A stretch of 64,000 nucleotides of DNA from positions 10,381-74,380 of the forward strand of contig CAIOFV010000069.1 in NCBI GenBank assembly GCA_903857665.1, read 5' to 3'. The notes under the pieces were generated by a model, which ran no database searches, was not told the origin of the DNA, and saw only the letters and a program-made list of their open reading frames with translations. The translations under genes and the position numbers were made by a program. Positions 27,401 to 37,362 of the stretch are shown piece by piece (positions within the stretch are counted from its first letter, which is position 1; each line of letters opens with the position of its first letter). The DNA is from an uncultured Myxococcales bacterium (lineage in GTDB: Bacteria > Myxococcota_A > UBA9042 > DTJE01).

Positions 27401-30400
27401 GACTACGTGTCGGGAAGCCCGCATTTCAACTCGTATCTCGATCGGCTCGTGCACCGGGCCGCTTCGGGCAGCCGCGAAATCATGCGGAACGCGGGCACCA
27501 CCGCATTCGCGACGGCCATCTCGTTCGAAAGCACCCCGGCGACCCAGTCGGCTCCGTTCTACCGCACCATCGGTTCGTCGATCCTCTTCGGCGGCCTGGT
27601 CGAGCAGACGGGCCACACGACGCTCGTCAACCTGATGAGCCGGTACCTGGACTTCCTGGAAGTCGGCTATCCCGACTGCCTGACGGCTGCCAACTGCCAG
27701 GACGACGAGGCCTGCACGTCCGACACGTGCCTCCCGGCCAATGCCGAGAACCATCGGCTTTGCGGCTACTCGCTGCCCGCGGGCATGCTCACCTGCACGC
27801 CGTGCAAGAACGACGTCGAGGTCAAGGTCGGCAACGCCTCGGTCTGCGGCCTGAACGAAGCCTGCAACGTCGCGCTGGGCTACTGCGTCCCGATTCCGTT
27901 CCAGACGCGCTTCGACGCGGAAACCGGCACCGCCACGGGCTGCGGCGACTTCTTCGGCGACGCGGACGCCCACCCCGAGGCGCCGGCGTCGTCTTCCTGC
28001 ACTGCCACCGTCACGACCTCCGGCATCCTGGAAGGCATCCAGGTCAAGGCGAAGATCCCGCACCTGTACCGTGGCGACGTCCAGTTGTCCCTGACCAGCC
28101 CGAGCGGCACCGAGGTCAGGCTGAAGCCCGCGAACCCGCTGGACGCGGCCCCGAACATCTACGCGACCTACGACGTCGGCGTCCCGTCCGACCAGCCCCT
28201 GTCCAAGTACCTTGGCGAGCGCCTTCTGGGCGCCTGGACCCTGAAGGCCCTGGATACGTCGCCGACGTTCGCCGGCGGCACCATCCAGGAGTGGCACCTG
28301 TACACCCGTCAGCGCGCGGTCTCCTGCACCACGATCGCGGACTGCGGGGACGACCCCTGCGCCGCCAACGTGACCTGCGAGGACACGACCGTCCCGCCCG
28401 ACGGCGTCAAGGAATGCAAGTACCAGCCGCTGTGCGATGACTCCAACGTCTGCACGCTGGACGTCTGCACGCCCGGGACCCACATGGTCGGTGGGACCGC
28501 GGTCCCGAACACCGCCATGGCCACGGGTTCCTGCGCCTACAACACGATCCCGGGCGCGAACTGCTCCTGCACGAAGCACGACGACTGCCTGGCCGATCAG
28601 GCCTGCCTGAACCTCGCGCAGACGGCCACCTGCGCGGGCGAAGTGGATTGCCGGTGCGCCCCGGTCCCGGGCACCCCGCACGAACTGAGCCTGCCCTCGC
28701 CGCTGCCGATCCCCGACAACGACGCCGTCACGGGCGTCACCCGGTCCCTGACCATGACGGGCACGTCACCGATCAGCATCGTGAAGATCCGCATCGCGGT
28801 GAATCACCCGGCCGTCGAGGATCTTCGCGCCCGCGTCTGCCACCTCAGCACCTGCGTCACCTTGCGCAACGTCCGCCACAAGGGACTGATCGGCGGCGTT
28901 GACATGGAGGCGGCAGGCTTCCACGACGTGTACGACTTCGACGCCGTGGACGGCCCCGGCACCCTTCAGGACTTCCGCCGCCTGGCCGTTGCGGGCGCGT
29001 GGACAGTCACCCTCTTCGACGTGGTCCCGGGCAACACCGGCACCTTGCGGCGCTTCAATATCTATACGCAGGAGGCGGAGTGCTTCAGCGACTCCGACTG
29101 CTCGGACAACAACGCGTGCTCCACGGACACGTGCCGCGCGACCCCGAGTGGCGCGGGCATCTGCCTGCATACCTTCAAGGTCTGCCCGATGCCCGCCCTG
29201 CTGCCTGGCATCAGCGCGGACTGCGTCCAGACCCCGCAGTGCGTCGCGGCCACTGGGGTATGCCCGACCTCGACGACCCTGACCTTCAAGGACATCGGGA
29301 CGGCCTGCGAGGACGGGTTGTTCTGCACGGCGAACGACACGTGCGACGCGACCGGGCATTGCCTGGCCGGCGGTGCGCGGGATTGCTCGGGCGTCAGCGG
29401 CGCCTGCACCGAGGGGTGGTGCGACCCGGCCCTGTCCGAAACCACCCACCAGTGCCAGATCCGCAACCGCGCCGACGGCTTCGCATGCAATGACGGCGAG
29501 GCCTGCAATGGCGCCGACAGCTGCCTGGCGGGCGTCTGCAAGAGCGGCACGGATTGGATCTGTCCCTGCCAGGTCGATGCCAACTGCGTGGACGACGGCA
29601 ACCTGTGCAACGGCGACACCTGGTTCTGCAACGCCAGCAAGCTCTGCCAGCTGGACCTCGTGAACCACCCGGCGAAGCAGGACTCCTGCCTGTCCACCGG
29701 CCCCTGCCAGAAGAGGACCTGCGAACCGGCAACCGGGCTCTGCAAGGACACCTTCGCTCTTGCGAACTACTTCCCGTGCGACGACAACCGGTACTGCACG
29801 CTGGGCGACTACTGCCTGAGCGGCGTGTGCATGGGCGGCGATCTTCGCGACTGCTCGACGATGGCGCTGCCGGACGGGATGTCCGAAACGTGCGGAACCC
29901 GCCAGTGCGTGGGCACGCTGCCGGACTCGGGCTGCCAGTTCGTCCCCGAGGCGAGCACCAAGCCCTGCGACACCAACAGCCTGGGTTGCGACCTCGAGCA
30001 TTGCAGCAACGGCGCCTGCATCAACACCGATTGCGGCCCCTTCGACAACTGCACCATCGTCGGGGGCAAGGCGACTCGTGACTGCACGTCCTACGTGGAT
30101 GACTGCAACACGGCGGCCTGCCAGGAACTCGGCGGCGGCCTCGCGGCTTGCAAGCGTACGGCCAAGGGCGACGGGACCACCTGCACGCCGGACGCCGTCG
30201 ATTGCACCACGGACACCTGCCAGGCGGGCATCTGCAAGCACGACCGGCCGGCGACCTGCCCCGGCAAGATCTGCGGCGGGCGTCACCCGTACGACGCCGG
30301 CGACGACATGTGCGGCTTGCAGGATTCCTGCGTCCACCCGGCCCTGTCGCCGGTCGATCAGCAGAACGGCCTGTGCACCACGACCTGCGACCCGGCGCAG

Positions 30401-33400
30401 GATTGCCAGTCCTTCGCGTCAGGGCTTGTGGACCTGCCGATCATCGACTGGGCCCGCGTCGGCACCTGCGCCACCAGCAGCATCGTGATCCCCGCCGGCT
30501 ACCCGTTCACGTACGTCAAGTCGCTCCAGGCGAAGGTCCGCCTGTCCCACAGCTACCTGGGTGACCTGTTCATGACCCTGAAGGATCCGCAGGGATACAC
30601 CCACCCGATCTGGAACATGATCGGCGGCGCCAACGACGGGTTCGCGGACACCTTCGAACTGTCGTTCAACGTGCCCAACCGGGTCAACGACCCGGGCACC
30701 TTCACGGATGGCCGCGACATTGCGGGCGCCCCGATGTGCTCCTTCCAGGGCGAGTTGGCCCGGGGTTCCACCGGGACGTGGACGCTGGAAGTCTGCGACT
30801 ACGGCCTGACCAACAGCGGCGTCCTGCACGACTGGACCCTGGCCGTCCAGGGCACCAACAGCAACGCGAACCTCAACAGCGGCCACCGCTGCGAGGACGC
30901 GATCGATCTGACTCCCGTGTCCATCGGCCCCGACCCGCTGGTCTGGCCGGTCGCGACCGACTCCACGAAGTGCGGCATCAACGTGCTGTACAACTCCGGG
31001 TACGGCAAGACCGAAGGGCCCGAGCGCTGGTACAAGATGGTTCTGGACAAGGCGACCCGCGTCAAGGTGACGCTGAACCAGCCGATCCGCGACCTGGCGC
31101 TGATCCTGAAGGGCGGGCCCAGCGCGTCCTGCGCGACGGCGCCGGTGGTCGGCGGCAGCAATGCCTACCTGCCGATCAACCACCAGCCCGAGTACTTCAA
31201 CCTGCCGCTGCAGGCGGGCACGTACTTCCTGGCCATCGACACCGTCAGCGATCCCGTGCTCCCCAGCCTGGACCTCATCTCCAGCCGGCTCGCCGTGATG
31301 GACAACCTGTTCAACTACGGTCCGTACATCTTCGATATCAGCATGGAACTCCTGAGGGAGAACGGCAACACCTGCGGGAACAGCGAGTCCTGCCTCAGCA
31401 ACTACTGCGACGGCAAGTTCTGCTGCGACAACAGCCTGGGTACCAACCCGACGTGCTGCCCCGGCGCCTTCCCGGCGGACGGGGAGTCGTGGACGCTGGG
31501 CGCCGGCGCCATCCCGGTCGAAACATCGCTGTTCGAGTCGGCGAAGACGGTCTGCGGCGTGACGGCGCTGGCGGTTTGCCACAGCAACCAGCCCGGTTTC
31601 CTGCCCTGCGAGGGTCGCCGGGTGTTCCCGAACTGCAGCGTCGGCCACGACTGCTTCGAGGACGTCAGCAACGAGGCGCGGGACGACACGGCCTGCACGC
31701 CCCCCGTCGTGGTCAACGGCGCGCTCACCGGAGGCGTGACGGCGTATCACTGCGGCTACTACGACGACGTCTTCTGCGACGCAGGATTGCTGCAGACTCC
31801 GGTCACCTGCAAGACCGAGTGCGCGAGCGATGCGGACTGCAAGCACACGCCGGTCTATCCCGGCCAGTACAACCATTGCGAGGAAACCAACCCTGTCACC
31901 CACAAGATGGAATGCGTGCCGGACCGCGACAAGGGCGAACGTTGCGGCAGCGCCCATGAGTGCATCTCGGAATTCTGCGGAGTGAACAACCTCTGCTGCA
32001 TTCCCGGCAAGGTCTGCTGCCCGAGCCCCGACCCGCTGAATGGCCCCTTCACCAACGGCGCGGTGTGCCCGGATACGTTCCTCGGCATCACACTCAGGGA
32101 CTGGACGACCAAGACCTGCAGCACCCAGACCGAGTGCATCGGGCAGCGCACCGATCCCTTCTGCAGCGCCATCAAGGAATGCGTGCCCAAGTACCCGCGG
32201 GACGATTGCGGTTGCCAGGACGTCAAGCGGAACTGCACCCTGGTCAACGTCTTCTACGACGCACCCGAGTGCTTCGCTGACGCCGAAAAGACCACGTACT
32301 GCGCCGACGTCCCGATCGTCGCCGGCATCGAGCGACATGGCCCGACGGCCCCGGACTGCTTCACCAATTGCCTGGTTACCAGCAACCACGTGGTGGGTCC
32401 GCTGGGAGGCGTGGTCGATTGCTCGACCGACATCGAACCGGTCTGCAACGACACCGGGACCAACGGCCTGGAAACCGGCTTCCACTGCCTCCCGGACAAC
32501 CCGTCCTGCTGCTGCCAGGACGACTCCAAGTGCATCTACCTGGCCCACTGCGCGCCGGTTTCGGGCGCCCTCAGTTGGAAGCAGAAGTCCTGCGATGGCC
32601 CGATCCCGAACGGCGGCATGTGCAACCGCGGGCCCGACTGCGTGAACAAGAACTGGCTGCCGGCCCCCTACAGCGGCAAGAACGGCGGCTACTGCAACCA
32701 CAACGTCTGCTGCAACGGCGGCAACTGCTGCCTGACGGACAGCGTCCCGGGCATGTCGACGTTCTGCGCGGCGCAACCCGCGGACTGCAATGATCCGTTG
32801 AACTGCCATGGCCGCTTCTTCACGAACACCTGCAACCCGCCGCCGACCGGGTACGACATCCACAACCAGGATCTCGTGGATCCGTTGCTCTGGGACAACT
32901 GGAACGAGCGCGGCTCCCTGTTCACCTGCACCGAGAACATCGTGTCCGAGGACGACACGCAGTGCACGGGCGTGACGTCCAACACCTGCCCGAACTACTT
33001 CGCGTCCTACGTCTGCAAGGGCTCGGGCGCCGACGACCACCCGAGTCCGGCCGTGCTGAACCTGGGTGACCCGGACAACCGCTGCCGGACGGACTGCAAC
33101 AAGGCCCTTTGCGTGAAGGGGACGACCTCCTGCCTGCTCTGCTACGGCGTCCCGGGCGACGATCCGAACTGCTGCCCGCCCGACAACCCGGCCTGCTGCT
33201 GCGAGGACAACAGCGCCTGCAACCCCGCCGTCGGGCACTGCGACCCGAATCCCGCGAACCAGACGATTTCGGTCTGCGCGGCGAACGGCGTGTTCAATGA
33301 CCCGTGCAACGAGAATTCAGACTGCGGCACCGGCCTGCTCTGCCTGCTCCATTACTGCTGCACGTCGGCCCGCCTGACCGAGTGCAAGGGCTACCAGGTC

Positions 33401-33808
33401 ACGTCGGCGGACCTGGTGTTTGCGAGCGCCGGAGCCGTCGCCGCTCCCCCGGCGACCGCGAGCCTGACGGATCCGCGTTCCGAGCAGTTCGTCGTCGGGG
33501 AGGGTTCCCCGGTGGGCCGCGTGGTCGGTGCGTCGGACATCATCGACCTCGGCTTCGCCGCGTCGGCGGTGATCCCGGTGCAGTGCTACGACCTGAACAA
33601 GATCAACACGGGCATCAAGGGGCCGACGGAAACCGACATCAATTGCGGCGGCGCGATCTGCCCACCCTGCGACACGGGCAAGAAGTGCATCATGGACAGC
33701 GACTGCAAGACCGGCCTCTGCGACCCCACGGACGGCCTGTGCCATCTGTGCGGCGGCAGCAACCCCTGCCACGCCCCGAAGTCGTGCAGCGCAGGCTTCT
33801 GCGGATAG
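24419..33808 (+). CDS. Giant secreted lipoprotein (3129 aa): N-terminal lamin-tail domain, many myxobacterial Cys-rich repeats, at least three proprotein-convertase P-like domains, and a Cys-rich C-terminus
   Basis: Lipobox LAQGC; lamin-tail-domain motif (LVINEFSVYSASGRQWIEIYN...GWTV); repeated CxDDxNxCTxDxC modules; P-domain-like segments (GDVQLSLTSPSGTEVRL, LGDLFMTLKDPQGY); AGGAGG ribosome-binding site. Confidence 0.85.
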   Translation: MKLRSRHLGTLVLVCAAFALAQGCSSSSDEKDVATDPGLGSQDTAADLGLDLGLDVGLDTGLDVPDSPTATPDTGSSAASRRQSAATQACTQPVNDLVINEFSVYSASGRQWIEIYNPTALAIDLKGWTVGNGTSSFTIPVTVNIAATGYALLCSDGDAACSWGPWDTGFALATANASITLQNKVPATVNSIDYSSNTIPATGGTIELKNAYKDNATLFNQDGSLNASFSLSTAALGTPGVKNDNWVVVEDPTCSDDGNICTFQVCEKSVCTYVPDMTCCQSNSDCQSNTDFCLVPFCNVNAHKCENGRKANCCTQNSDCNDNIACTTDYCLFNQCQFTLGPDCCIVDSDCPSKGFCSATRCGTVTANHCTTTTIPAPACCTSPTDCKDDNPCTFDNCDGSAHKCVFKQIPNCCLKDTDCNDGNPCTLDTCVINACRPIWQTEQCCYDDPQCAAQDTNHKICTDDKCVLDSASGHYTCITPFKPDCALPLPYIQLFNNAQSFTGINWELIDYGTSTSRNWSFAYGFGDLGPDGHLMFNWSPTVINVKTVAVTPTLDASTAANDGFNSTKSTTLQWRMAYHHKNPGATIKIRVRISTLNDFSTPGNYKEVYVKDAIDDVPYALYSYQLPAPEKDAQNLRVGFMLDTGTSLAGTASMDSLEVDDVKVASGVPSRLWKYRLVRCTGTEAEGCDNENHYVAVDELDEQQIKDGQVPSLTAGVCDWYRVYMCMYDQDGSQTTWNFFGFPSSYIDGPPMDQPSFIQAPYPWGENTGCSTFPQTVQGICNSPLTGPGYYVCALDIKPDCCNPTAPADCAVKAAGAYLPALVTKDEDDPGKQLHSPFETQTKFAVTLLIQDGYLVWSPNGRNDPAANAIANTIMTTRDPRDNNNFRKAQIVVNLNLLSDADLARFRGVFAVLGVSGNNHVVSVTEAATLKRYMDQGGRMYLEGGDFFYTSTRPGAQFKTVLHDLFNIDSTSGGLPVLDGPIAGRNFLDGYSFDYVSGSPHFNSYLDRLVHRAASGSREIMRNAGTTAFATAISFESTPATQSAPFYRTIGSSILFGGLVEQTGHTTLVNLMSRYLDFLEVGYPDCLTAANCQDDEACTSDTCLPANAENHRLCGYSLPAGMLTCTPCKNDVEVKVGNASVCGLNEACNVALGYCVPIPFQTRFDAETGTATGCGDFFGDADAHPEAPASSSCTATVTTSGILEGIQVKAKIPHLYRGDVQLSLTSPSGTEVRLKPANPLDAAPNIYATYDVGVPSDQPLSKYLGERLLGAWTLKALDTSPTFAGGTIQEWHLYTRQRAVSCTTIADCGDDPCAANVTCEDTTVPPDGVKECKYQPLCDDSNVCTLDVCTPGTHMVGGTAVPNTAMATGSCAYNTIPGANCSCTKHDDCLADQACLNLAQTATCAGEVDCRCAPVPGTPHELSLPSPLPIPDNDAVTGVTRSLTMTGTSPISIVKIRIAVNHPAVEDLRARVCHLSTCVTLRNVRHKGLIGGVDMEAAGFHDVYDFDAVDGPGTLQDFRRLAVAGAWTVTLFDVVPGNTGTLRRFNIYTQEAECFSDSDCSDNNACSTDTCRATPSGAGICLHTFKVCPMPALLPGISADCVQTPQCVAATGVCPTSTTLTFKDIGTACEDGLFCTANDTCDATGHCLAGGARDCSGVSGACTEGWCDPALSETTHQCQIRNRADGFACNDGEACNGADSCLAGVCKSGTDWICPCQVDANCVDDGNLCNGDTWFCNASKLCQLDLVNHPAKQDSCLSTGPCQKRTCEPATGLCKDTFALANYFPCDDNRYCTLGDYCLSGVCMGGDLRDCSTMALPDGMSETCGTRQCVGTLPDSGCQFVPEASTKPCDTNSLGCDLEHCSNGACINTDCGPFDNCTIVGGKATRDCTSYVDDCNTAACQELGGGLAACKRTAKGDGTTCTPDAVDCTTDTCQAGICKHDRPATCPGKICGGRHPYDAGDDMCGLQDSCVHPALSPVDQQNGLCTTTCDPAQDCQSFASGLVDLPIIDWARVGTCATSSIVIPAGYPFTYVKSLQAKVRLSHSYLGDLFMTLKDPQGYTHPIWNMIGGANDGFADTFELSFNVPNRVNDPGTFTDGRDIAGAPMCSFQGELARGSTGTWTLEVCDYGLTNSGVLHDWTLAVQGTNSNANLNSGHRCEDAIDLTPVSIGPDPLVWPVATDSTKCGINVLYNSGYGKTEGPERWYKMVLDKATRVKVTLNQPIRDLALILKGGPSASCATAPVVGGSNAYLPINHQPEYFNLPLQAGTYFLAIDTVSDPVLPSLDLISSRLAVMDNLFNYGPYIFDISMELLRENGNTCGNSESCLSNYCDGKFCCDNSLGTNPTCCPGAFPADGESWTLGAGAIPVETSLFESAKTVCGVTALAVCHSNQPGFLPCEGRRVFPNCSVGHDCFEDVSNEARDDTACTPPVVVNGALTGGVTAYHCGYYDDVFCDAGLLQTPVTCKTECASDADCKHTPVYPGQYNHCEETNPVTHKMECVPDRDKGERCGSAHECISEFCGVNNLCCIPGKVCCPSPDPLNGPFTNGAVCPDTFLGITLRDWTTKTCSTQTECIGQRTDPFCSAIKECVPKYPRDDCGCQDVKRNCTLVNVFYDAPECFADAEKTTYCADVPIVAGIERHGPTAPDCFTNCLVTSNHVVGPLGGVVDCSTDIEPVCNDTGTNGLETGFHCLPDNPSCCCQDDSKCIYLAHCAPVSGALSWKQKSCDGPIPNGGMCNRGPDCVNKNWLPAPYSGKNGGYCNHNVCCNGGNCCLTDSVPGMSTFCAAQPADCNDPLNCHGRFFTNTCNPPPTGYDIHNQDLVDPLLWDNWNERGSLFTCTENIVSEDDTQCTGVTSNTCPNYFASYVCKGSGADDHPSPAVLNLGDPDNRCRTDCNKALCVKGTTSCLLCYGVPGDDPNCCPPDNPACCCEDNSACNPAVGHCDPNPANQTISVCAANGVFNDPCNENSDCGTGLLCLLHYCCTSARLTECKGYQVTSADLVFASAGAVAAPPATASLTDPRSEQFVVGEGSPVGRVVGASDIIDLGFAASAVIPVQCYDLNKINTGIKGPTETDINCGGAICPPCDTGKKCIMDSDCKTGLCDPTDGLCHLCGGSNPCHAPKSCSAGFCG
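24557..24610 (+). repeat. Tandem 12-bp coding repeat (ctcgggctcgac x about 4.5) encoding (GLD)n
   Basis: Direct reading of the sequence. The repeat encodes DLGLDLGLDVGLDTGLDV in the N-terminal linker of the giant lipoprotein. Confidence 0.6.
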
Positions 33809-34021
33809 GGTCGCGCCCTCTCCCCTCGCCTGGATTCCCACCTCCGTCCGGCGCGTGAATTGACGCCGGCGGAGTCCGTCCAGACGGTCCCGCCCATGAA
33901 CCCTTCCAAAGCCTGGGTCACAGGCCACCGCCGCAGTGCAAGGGCTGAAGCGCGAGGATGTGGGTTCAGGCGGCGATGGAAGTCGTTGAGGCTGCGACCC
34001 GAGGCGACGTTCGGCAGGGGG

Positions 34022-35119
34022 TCAGGAAGCCTGGGTGGGTTCCTTCCGTCGCATCTTCAAGGGCACGTAGTTGCAGAAGGGTTCCTCGTCCAGGACGTCG
34101 CCCGTCATCGCGTAGGCCCGGGCCCGGCAACCGCCGCACACGCGCTTGAACTCGCAGACGCCGCAGCGACCGTGATAGCCCTCGAAATCGCGCATGGACT
34201 TCAGCAGCGGCGAATCCTCCCAGATCGTGCGGAAGGGCTGTTCGAGGACGTTTCCGGCCACCTGCTCCATGTACGAACAGGGCCGCACATTCCCGAAGGC
34301 GTCGATCAGGCAGATCGTCTGTCCGGCGACGCAACCTTTCCCGGCACCGGTGCTGAACGTCAGGTCCCGGCGCTTGAAGCGGGAACCGTCCCGGGCCGAC
34401 AGTTGGGGAACCACGCGGTAGTAGTGCGGCGCGCAGGTGGGCCGCATCAGGATGTCCTTCTCGCGCTTCTCCTGTTCGTAGTGCCATTCGAGGATCATGT
34501 CGTAGTGCTCGGGATCGATCAGTTCCTCGAACAGTTCCTTCCCGCGCCCGGTGGGGACGATCATGAACATGTACCACGCCGTTGCGCCCAGGTCCTTGGC
34601 CACCCGGAAGGTGTCCCCGATGTACGGCTGGTTGCGCCGGGTGAAGGAGGAGTTGATCAGGAACGGGATCCCGTGCTCCTTGAACAGGTGCGCGGCGCGA
34701 ACCGTGCCCTCGAAGGCGCCAGGCATGCGGCGGAAGTCGTCGTGGATCGCGGCATTCGGCCCGTCCAGCGACAGGGACACCATGCGGATCCCCGCCGCCT
34801 TCATCTGGAGGCAGACCTCGTCGGTGACCAGCACACCGTTGGTCGCCATGCACATCCGGAACCCCTTCGAGGTCCCATAGGTGGCCAGTTCGAAGACATC
34901 CTTGCGCATCAGGGGCTCGCCGCCGGACAGCACCAGCACCGGCTTCACGAAGGACGCGATGTCATCGATCAGCGCCAGGCCCTTTTCGGTGGTGAACGCC
35001 CCTTCGGGCGAGGATCCGTCGGACGAGCACCGGCAATGGACGCAGTTCAGGTTGCAGCGCTGCGTCGTTTCCCACGCGATCCACTTCGGCAGGAACTGGC
35101 TTTCGGACGTCAATGCCAT
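34022..35119 (-). CDS. Radical SAM / SPASM-domain protein (AhbD/NirJ/PqqE-like)
   Basis: [14 protein letters not shown] carries the CxxxCxxC radical-SAM motif. The C-terminal Cys cluster (CxxCxxxxxCxxxC...CGGC) is typical of a SPASM domain. AGGAGG ribosome-binding site. Confidence 0.8.
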   Translation of the reverse strand: MALTSESQFLPKWIAWETTQRCNLNCVHCRCSSDGSSPEGAFTTEKGLALIDDIASFVKPVLVLSGGEPLMRKDVFELATYGTSKGFRMCMATNGVLVTDEVCLQMKAAGIRMVSLSLDGPNAAIHDDFRRMPGAFEGTVRAAHLFKEHGIPFLINSSFTRRNQPYIGDTFRVAKDLGATAWYMFMIVPTGRGKELFEELIDPEHYDMILEWHYEQEKREKDILMRPTCAPHYYRVVPQLSARDGSRFKRRDLTFSTGAGKGCVAGQTICLIDAFGNVRPCSYMEQVAGNVLEQPFRTIWEDSPLLKSMRDFEGYHGRCGVCEFKRVCGGCRARAYAMTGDVLDEEPFCNYVPLKMRRKEPTQAS

Positions 35120-35277
35120 GGGAGCCTCCTGGCGGCATTGTGTTCGGCCGCGGCTGTTGGGTCAAGCGAACGGCCAAACGACGGCGCAACCGTTGCGGGC
35201 GAGGGTGGAGAGGGGGGGCAGGTTGACGAGGCGACGCGGAATCGTGTAGGGATGGACCGGGAGAGCGGAGAGTCGCG

Positions 35278-35739
35278 ATGGCAAACGGTGTGACGGCGCG
35301 AGAGATCCTGGAACTGGCGATCCGGATGGAGGAGAAGGGCCGGGAGTTCTATGCCCAGGCCGCGACGCTGGTGTCGATGCCCGGCGCGAAGGAACTGCTG
35401 GAGGAACTGGGTCGGGACGAGGTCGAGCACGAGGCGATGTTCCGGCAACTGCAGGCTCGCGAAGACTACGAAGCCCTCGCCATCGGCGAGGTGCCGCCGG
35501 ACCTTCACCTTTCGGACTACCTCGTGACCGCGCCGATCGGTCCCGATAGCACCCCCCAGGACGTGCTGATCCATGCCATCCGCATGGAGCAGGCCGCGAT
35601 CGACCTGTACTCTGCGTGGGCCTCCCTGTACGCCGGAAACGAGATCGAAACCCTGCTGGAAGGGTTGGTGGCCGAGGAGCGACGCCACAAGGCTCGCCTG
35701 GAGGCCGCGTACTCGGACCGGTTCCTGGAGGACTGGTAG
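35278..35739 (+). CDS. Rubrerythrin / ferritin-like diiron protein
   Basis: Paired ExxH motifs (EEKGREFY..DEVEHEAMF and EQAAIDLY..EERRHKARL) in a four-helix-bundle arrangement. Confidence 0.7.
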   Translation: MANGVTAREILELAIRMEEKGREFYAQAATLVSMPGAKELLEELGRDEVEHEAMFRQLQAREDYEALAIGEVPPDLHLSDYLVTAPIGPDSTPQDVLIHAIRMEQAAIDLYSAWASLYAGNEIETLLEGLVAEERRHKARLEAAYSDRFLEDW

Positions 35740-35774
35740 GCGTCCCGGGCGACGCCAACAACAGGAACCGCCAC

Positions 35775-36914
35775 GTGAATCCCTCGGAACAGACCCTGCC
35801 CGACCACGCGGACGTCGTGGTCGTCGGAGGCGGCTTCGCCGGCGCGGCAACCGCCTGCTTCCTGGCACGCCGTGGCGTTTCCGACATTCTCGTCCTGGAG
35901 GCTGCCGACCAGTTCGGTTCCGCCGCCAGTGGCCTCAACGCGTCGATGTTCCGACAGGTGGCGACCGACCCGGTGACCGGCGCACTGCTGCGGGCCTCGG
36001 TCGATCGGATCCGGAACGGGTGTTGGGACGATCCGGTCGACGTTCGGTGGAACGGCTCCCTTCTGCTGGTCGAAGGCGAGCGGGGCAGACCGGCTCTGGC
36101 GGCGGCGCAGGCAGCGGCGAGCGCCGGGTTCGACTGCCGGATCGTGGGAAGGGACGAGGCGACGGCGCGAGTGCCGATCCTGGCGTCCGCCCATTTCGAT
36201 CACGCGATCTGGACCCCGGGCGACGGTGTCGCCGACATCTCGGCGCTGCTCTGGCGATACCTCCGCGAGGCGAAGCGGCGCGGGGCGCGACTGGTGACGG
36301 GATGCCCGGTCGCCGCAGTCGAGGTCGAGTCGGGGCGGGTCGCCGCCGTGAGAACCCCGCTGGGACGGACGACCTGCCGGTTGCTGGTGGACGCCGCGGG
36401 CGCCTGGGCCGAGGAAATCGGGGCCTTGGCCGGATTGGGGCCCCTCCCCCTGACGCCCTTCCGGCGGCACCTCGTCGTGACTCCCCCGCAGGCGTGGGTG
36501 GACCCGAAATGGCCGTTGACGTGGCACCTGACGGACGACTGGTACTTCCGGCCCGAGGTGGGAGGACTGATGCTGTCGCCCTGCGACCAGACGCCCTGGT
36601 TCGCCGGCCCCACGCCCCGCGATCCGACCGTCCTGGAATCGCTGGCAGAAAAGCTGGCGGCCCGATGCCCCCCGCTGGCGAACCTGCCGATCCAGTCCTG
36701 GTGGGCAGGCTTGCGGACGCTGACGGCCGACGGGCGCTTCGCGATCGGGCCGGATCCCCGCCTGCCCGGCTTCTTCTGGGTGGCCGGCCTGGGCGGTCAT
36801 GGCATGACGGGCAGCGCCGCGGTGGGCGACCTTGCGGCCACCCTGCTCACCGGCGGTACGGTGGATCCGGGCCTTGCCCGGGCTGTCGATCCGGGGCGCT
36901 TTCTGGCCGGTTGA
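35775..36914 (+). CDS. FAD-dependent oxidoreductase (DAO / glycine-oxidase-like)
   Basis: Rossmann dinucleotide motif VVVVGGGFAGAATA near the N-terminus. GTG start at 35775, which is the first in-frame start after the rubrerythrin stop. Confidence 0.65.
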   Translation: MNPSEQTLPDHADVVVVGGGFAGAATACFLARRGVSDILVLEAADQFGSAASGLNASMFRQVATDPVTGALLRASVDRIRNGCWDDPVDVRWNGSLLLVEGERGRPALAAAQAAASAGFDCRIVGRDEATARVPILASAHFDHAIWTPGDGVADISALLWRYLREAKRRGARLVTGCPVAAVEVESGRVAAVRTPLGRTTCRLLVDAAGAWAEEIGALAGLGPLPLTPFRRHLVVTPPQAWVDPKWPLTWHLTDDWYFRPEVGGLMLSPCDQTPWFAGPTPRDPTVLESLAEKLAARCPPLANLPIQSWWAGLRTLTADGRFAIGPDPRLPGFFWVAGLGGHGMTGSAAVGDLAATLLTGGTVDPGLARAVDPGRFLAG

Positions 36915-36921
36915 GATCCGG

Positions 36922-37332
36922 CTAGGCCGAAGGCGTCGCCTTCTTGGCGCCCGTCTTGCGACCCCGGCGAGCCTTCTTCGGAGGGGCCTCCTCGGCGGCC
37001 AGTTCCTCTTCGTCGGCGTCGATCTGGGCCATTTCGGCCTTCAGTTCGACGATGGCCTCCCGAACGCCCTGGGCCTCGTTGAGCAGTTCCTTCAGGTACC
37101 ACTCGTAGGCTTCGAGCATTTCGGCATTGCTGACGAACTTGCGCTCGAACCCGAAGTCGGTCGGGTCCTCTTCGTCGATCGGTTGGTGGCAGTCGCACTC
37201 GCATTCGCGGGTATACCGGTCTTCAGACCGGTCCGGCGGCGGCAGGCGGTCCGGCCCACGGTCCCAGCCCCGGTTCTCGTCGCAATGGTCGTGGTGATGG
37301 TGATGGCTGTGATGCCTGTAGTCGTCACACAT
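36922..37332 (-). CDS. Small His/Cys-rich protein with an acidic coiled coil and a Lys/Arg-rich C-terminal tail (function unknown, putatively metal-binding)
   Basis: N-terminus MCDDYRHHSHHHHHDHCDE...CECDCH. AGGGAGGGA ribosome-binding site. 136 aa. Confidence 0.5.
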   Translation of the reverse strand: MCDDYRHHSHHHHHDHCDENRGWDRGPDRLPPPDRSEDRYTRECECDCHQPIDEEDPTDFGFERKFVSNAEMLEAYEWYLKELLNEAQGVREAIVELKAEMAQIDADEEELAAEEAPPKKARRGRKTGAKKATPSA

Positions 37333-37362
37333 GATTCCCTCCCTGGGTTTGAATCGCCGCAA

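Noticed and set aside
24656-33238. Long minus-strand ORFs (24656..28681, 28766..30337, 30419..33238)
   Set aside because: Antisense to the giant lipoprotein gene. The translations are Arg/Gly-rich and lack any signal peptide or domains.
33860-35293. 477-aa plus ORF
   Set aside because: Antisense to the radical-SAM/SPASM gene, whose own frame carries the CxxxCxxC and SPASM cysteine clusters.
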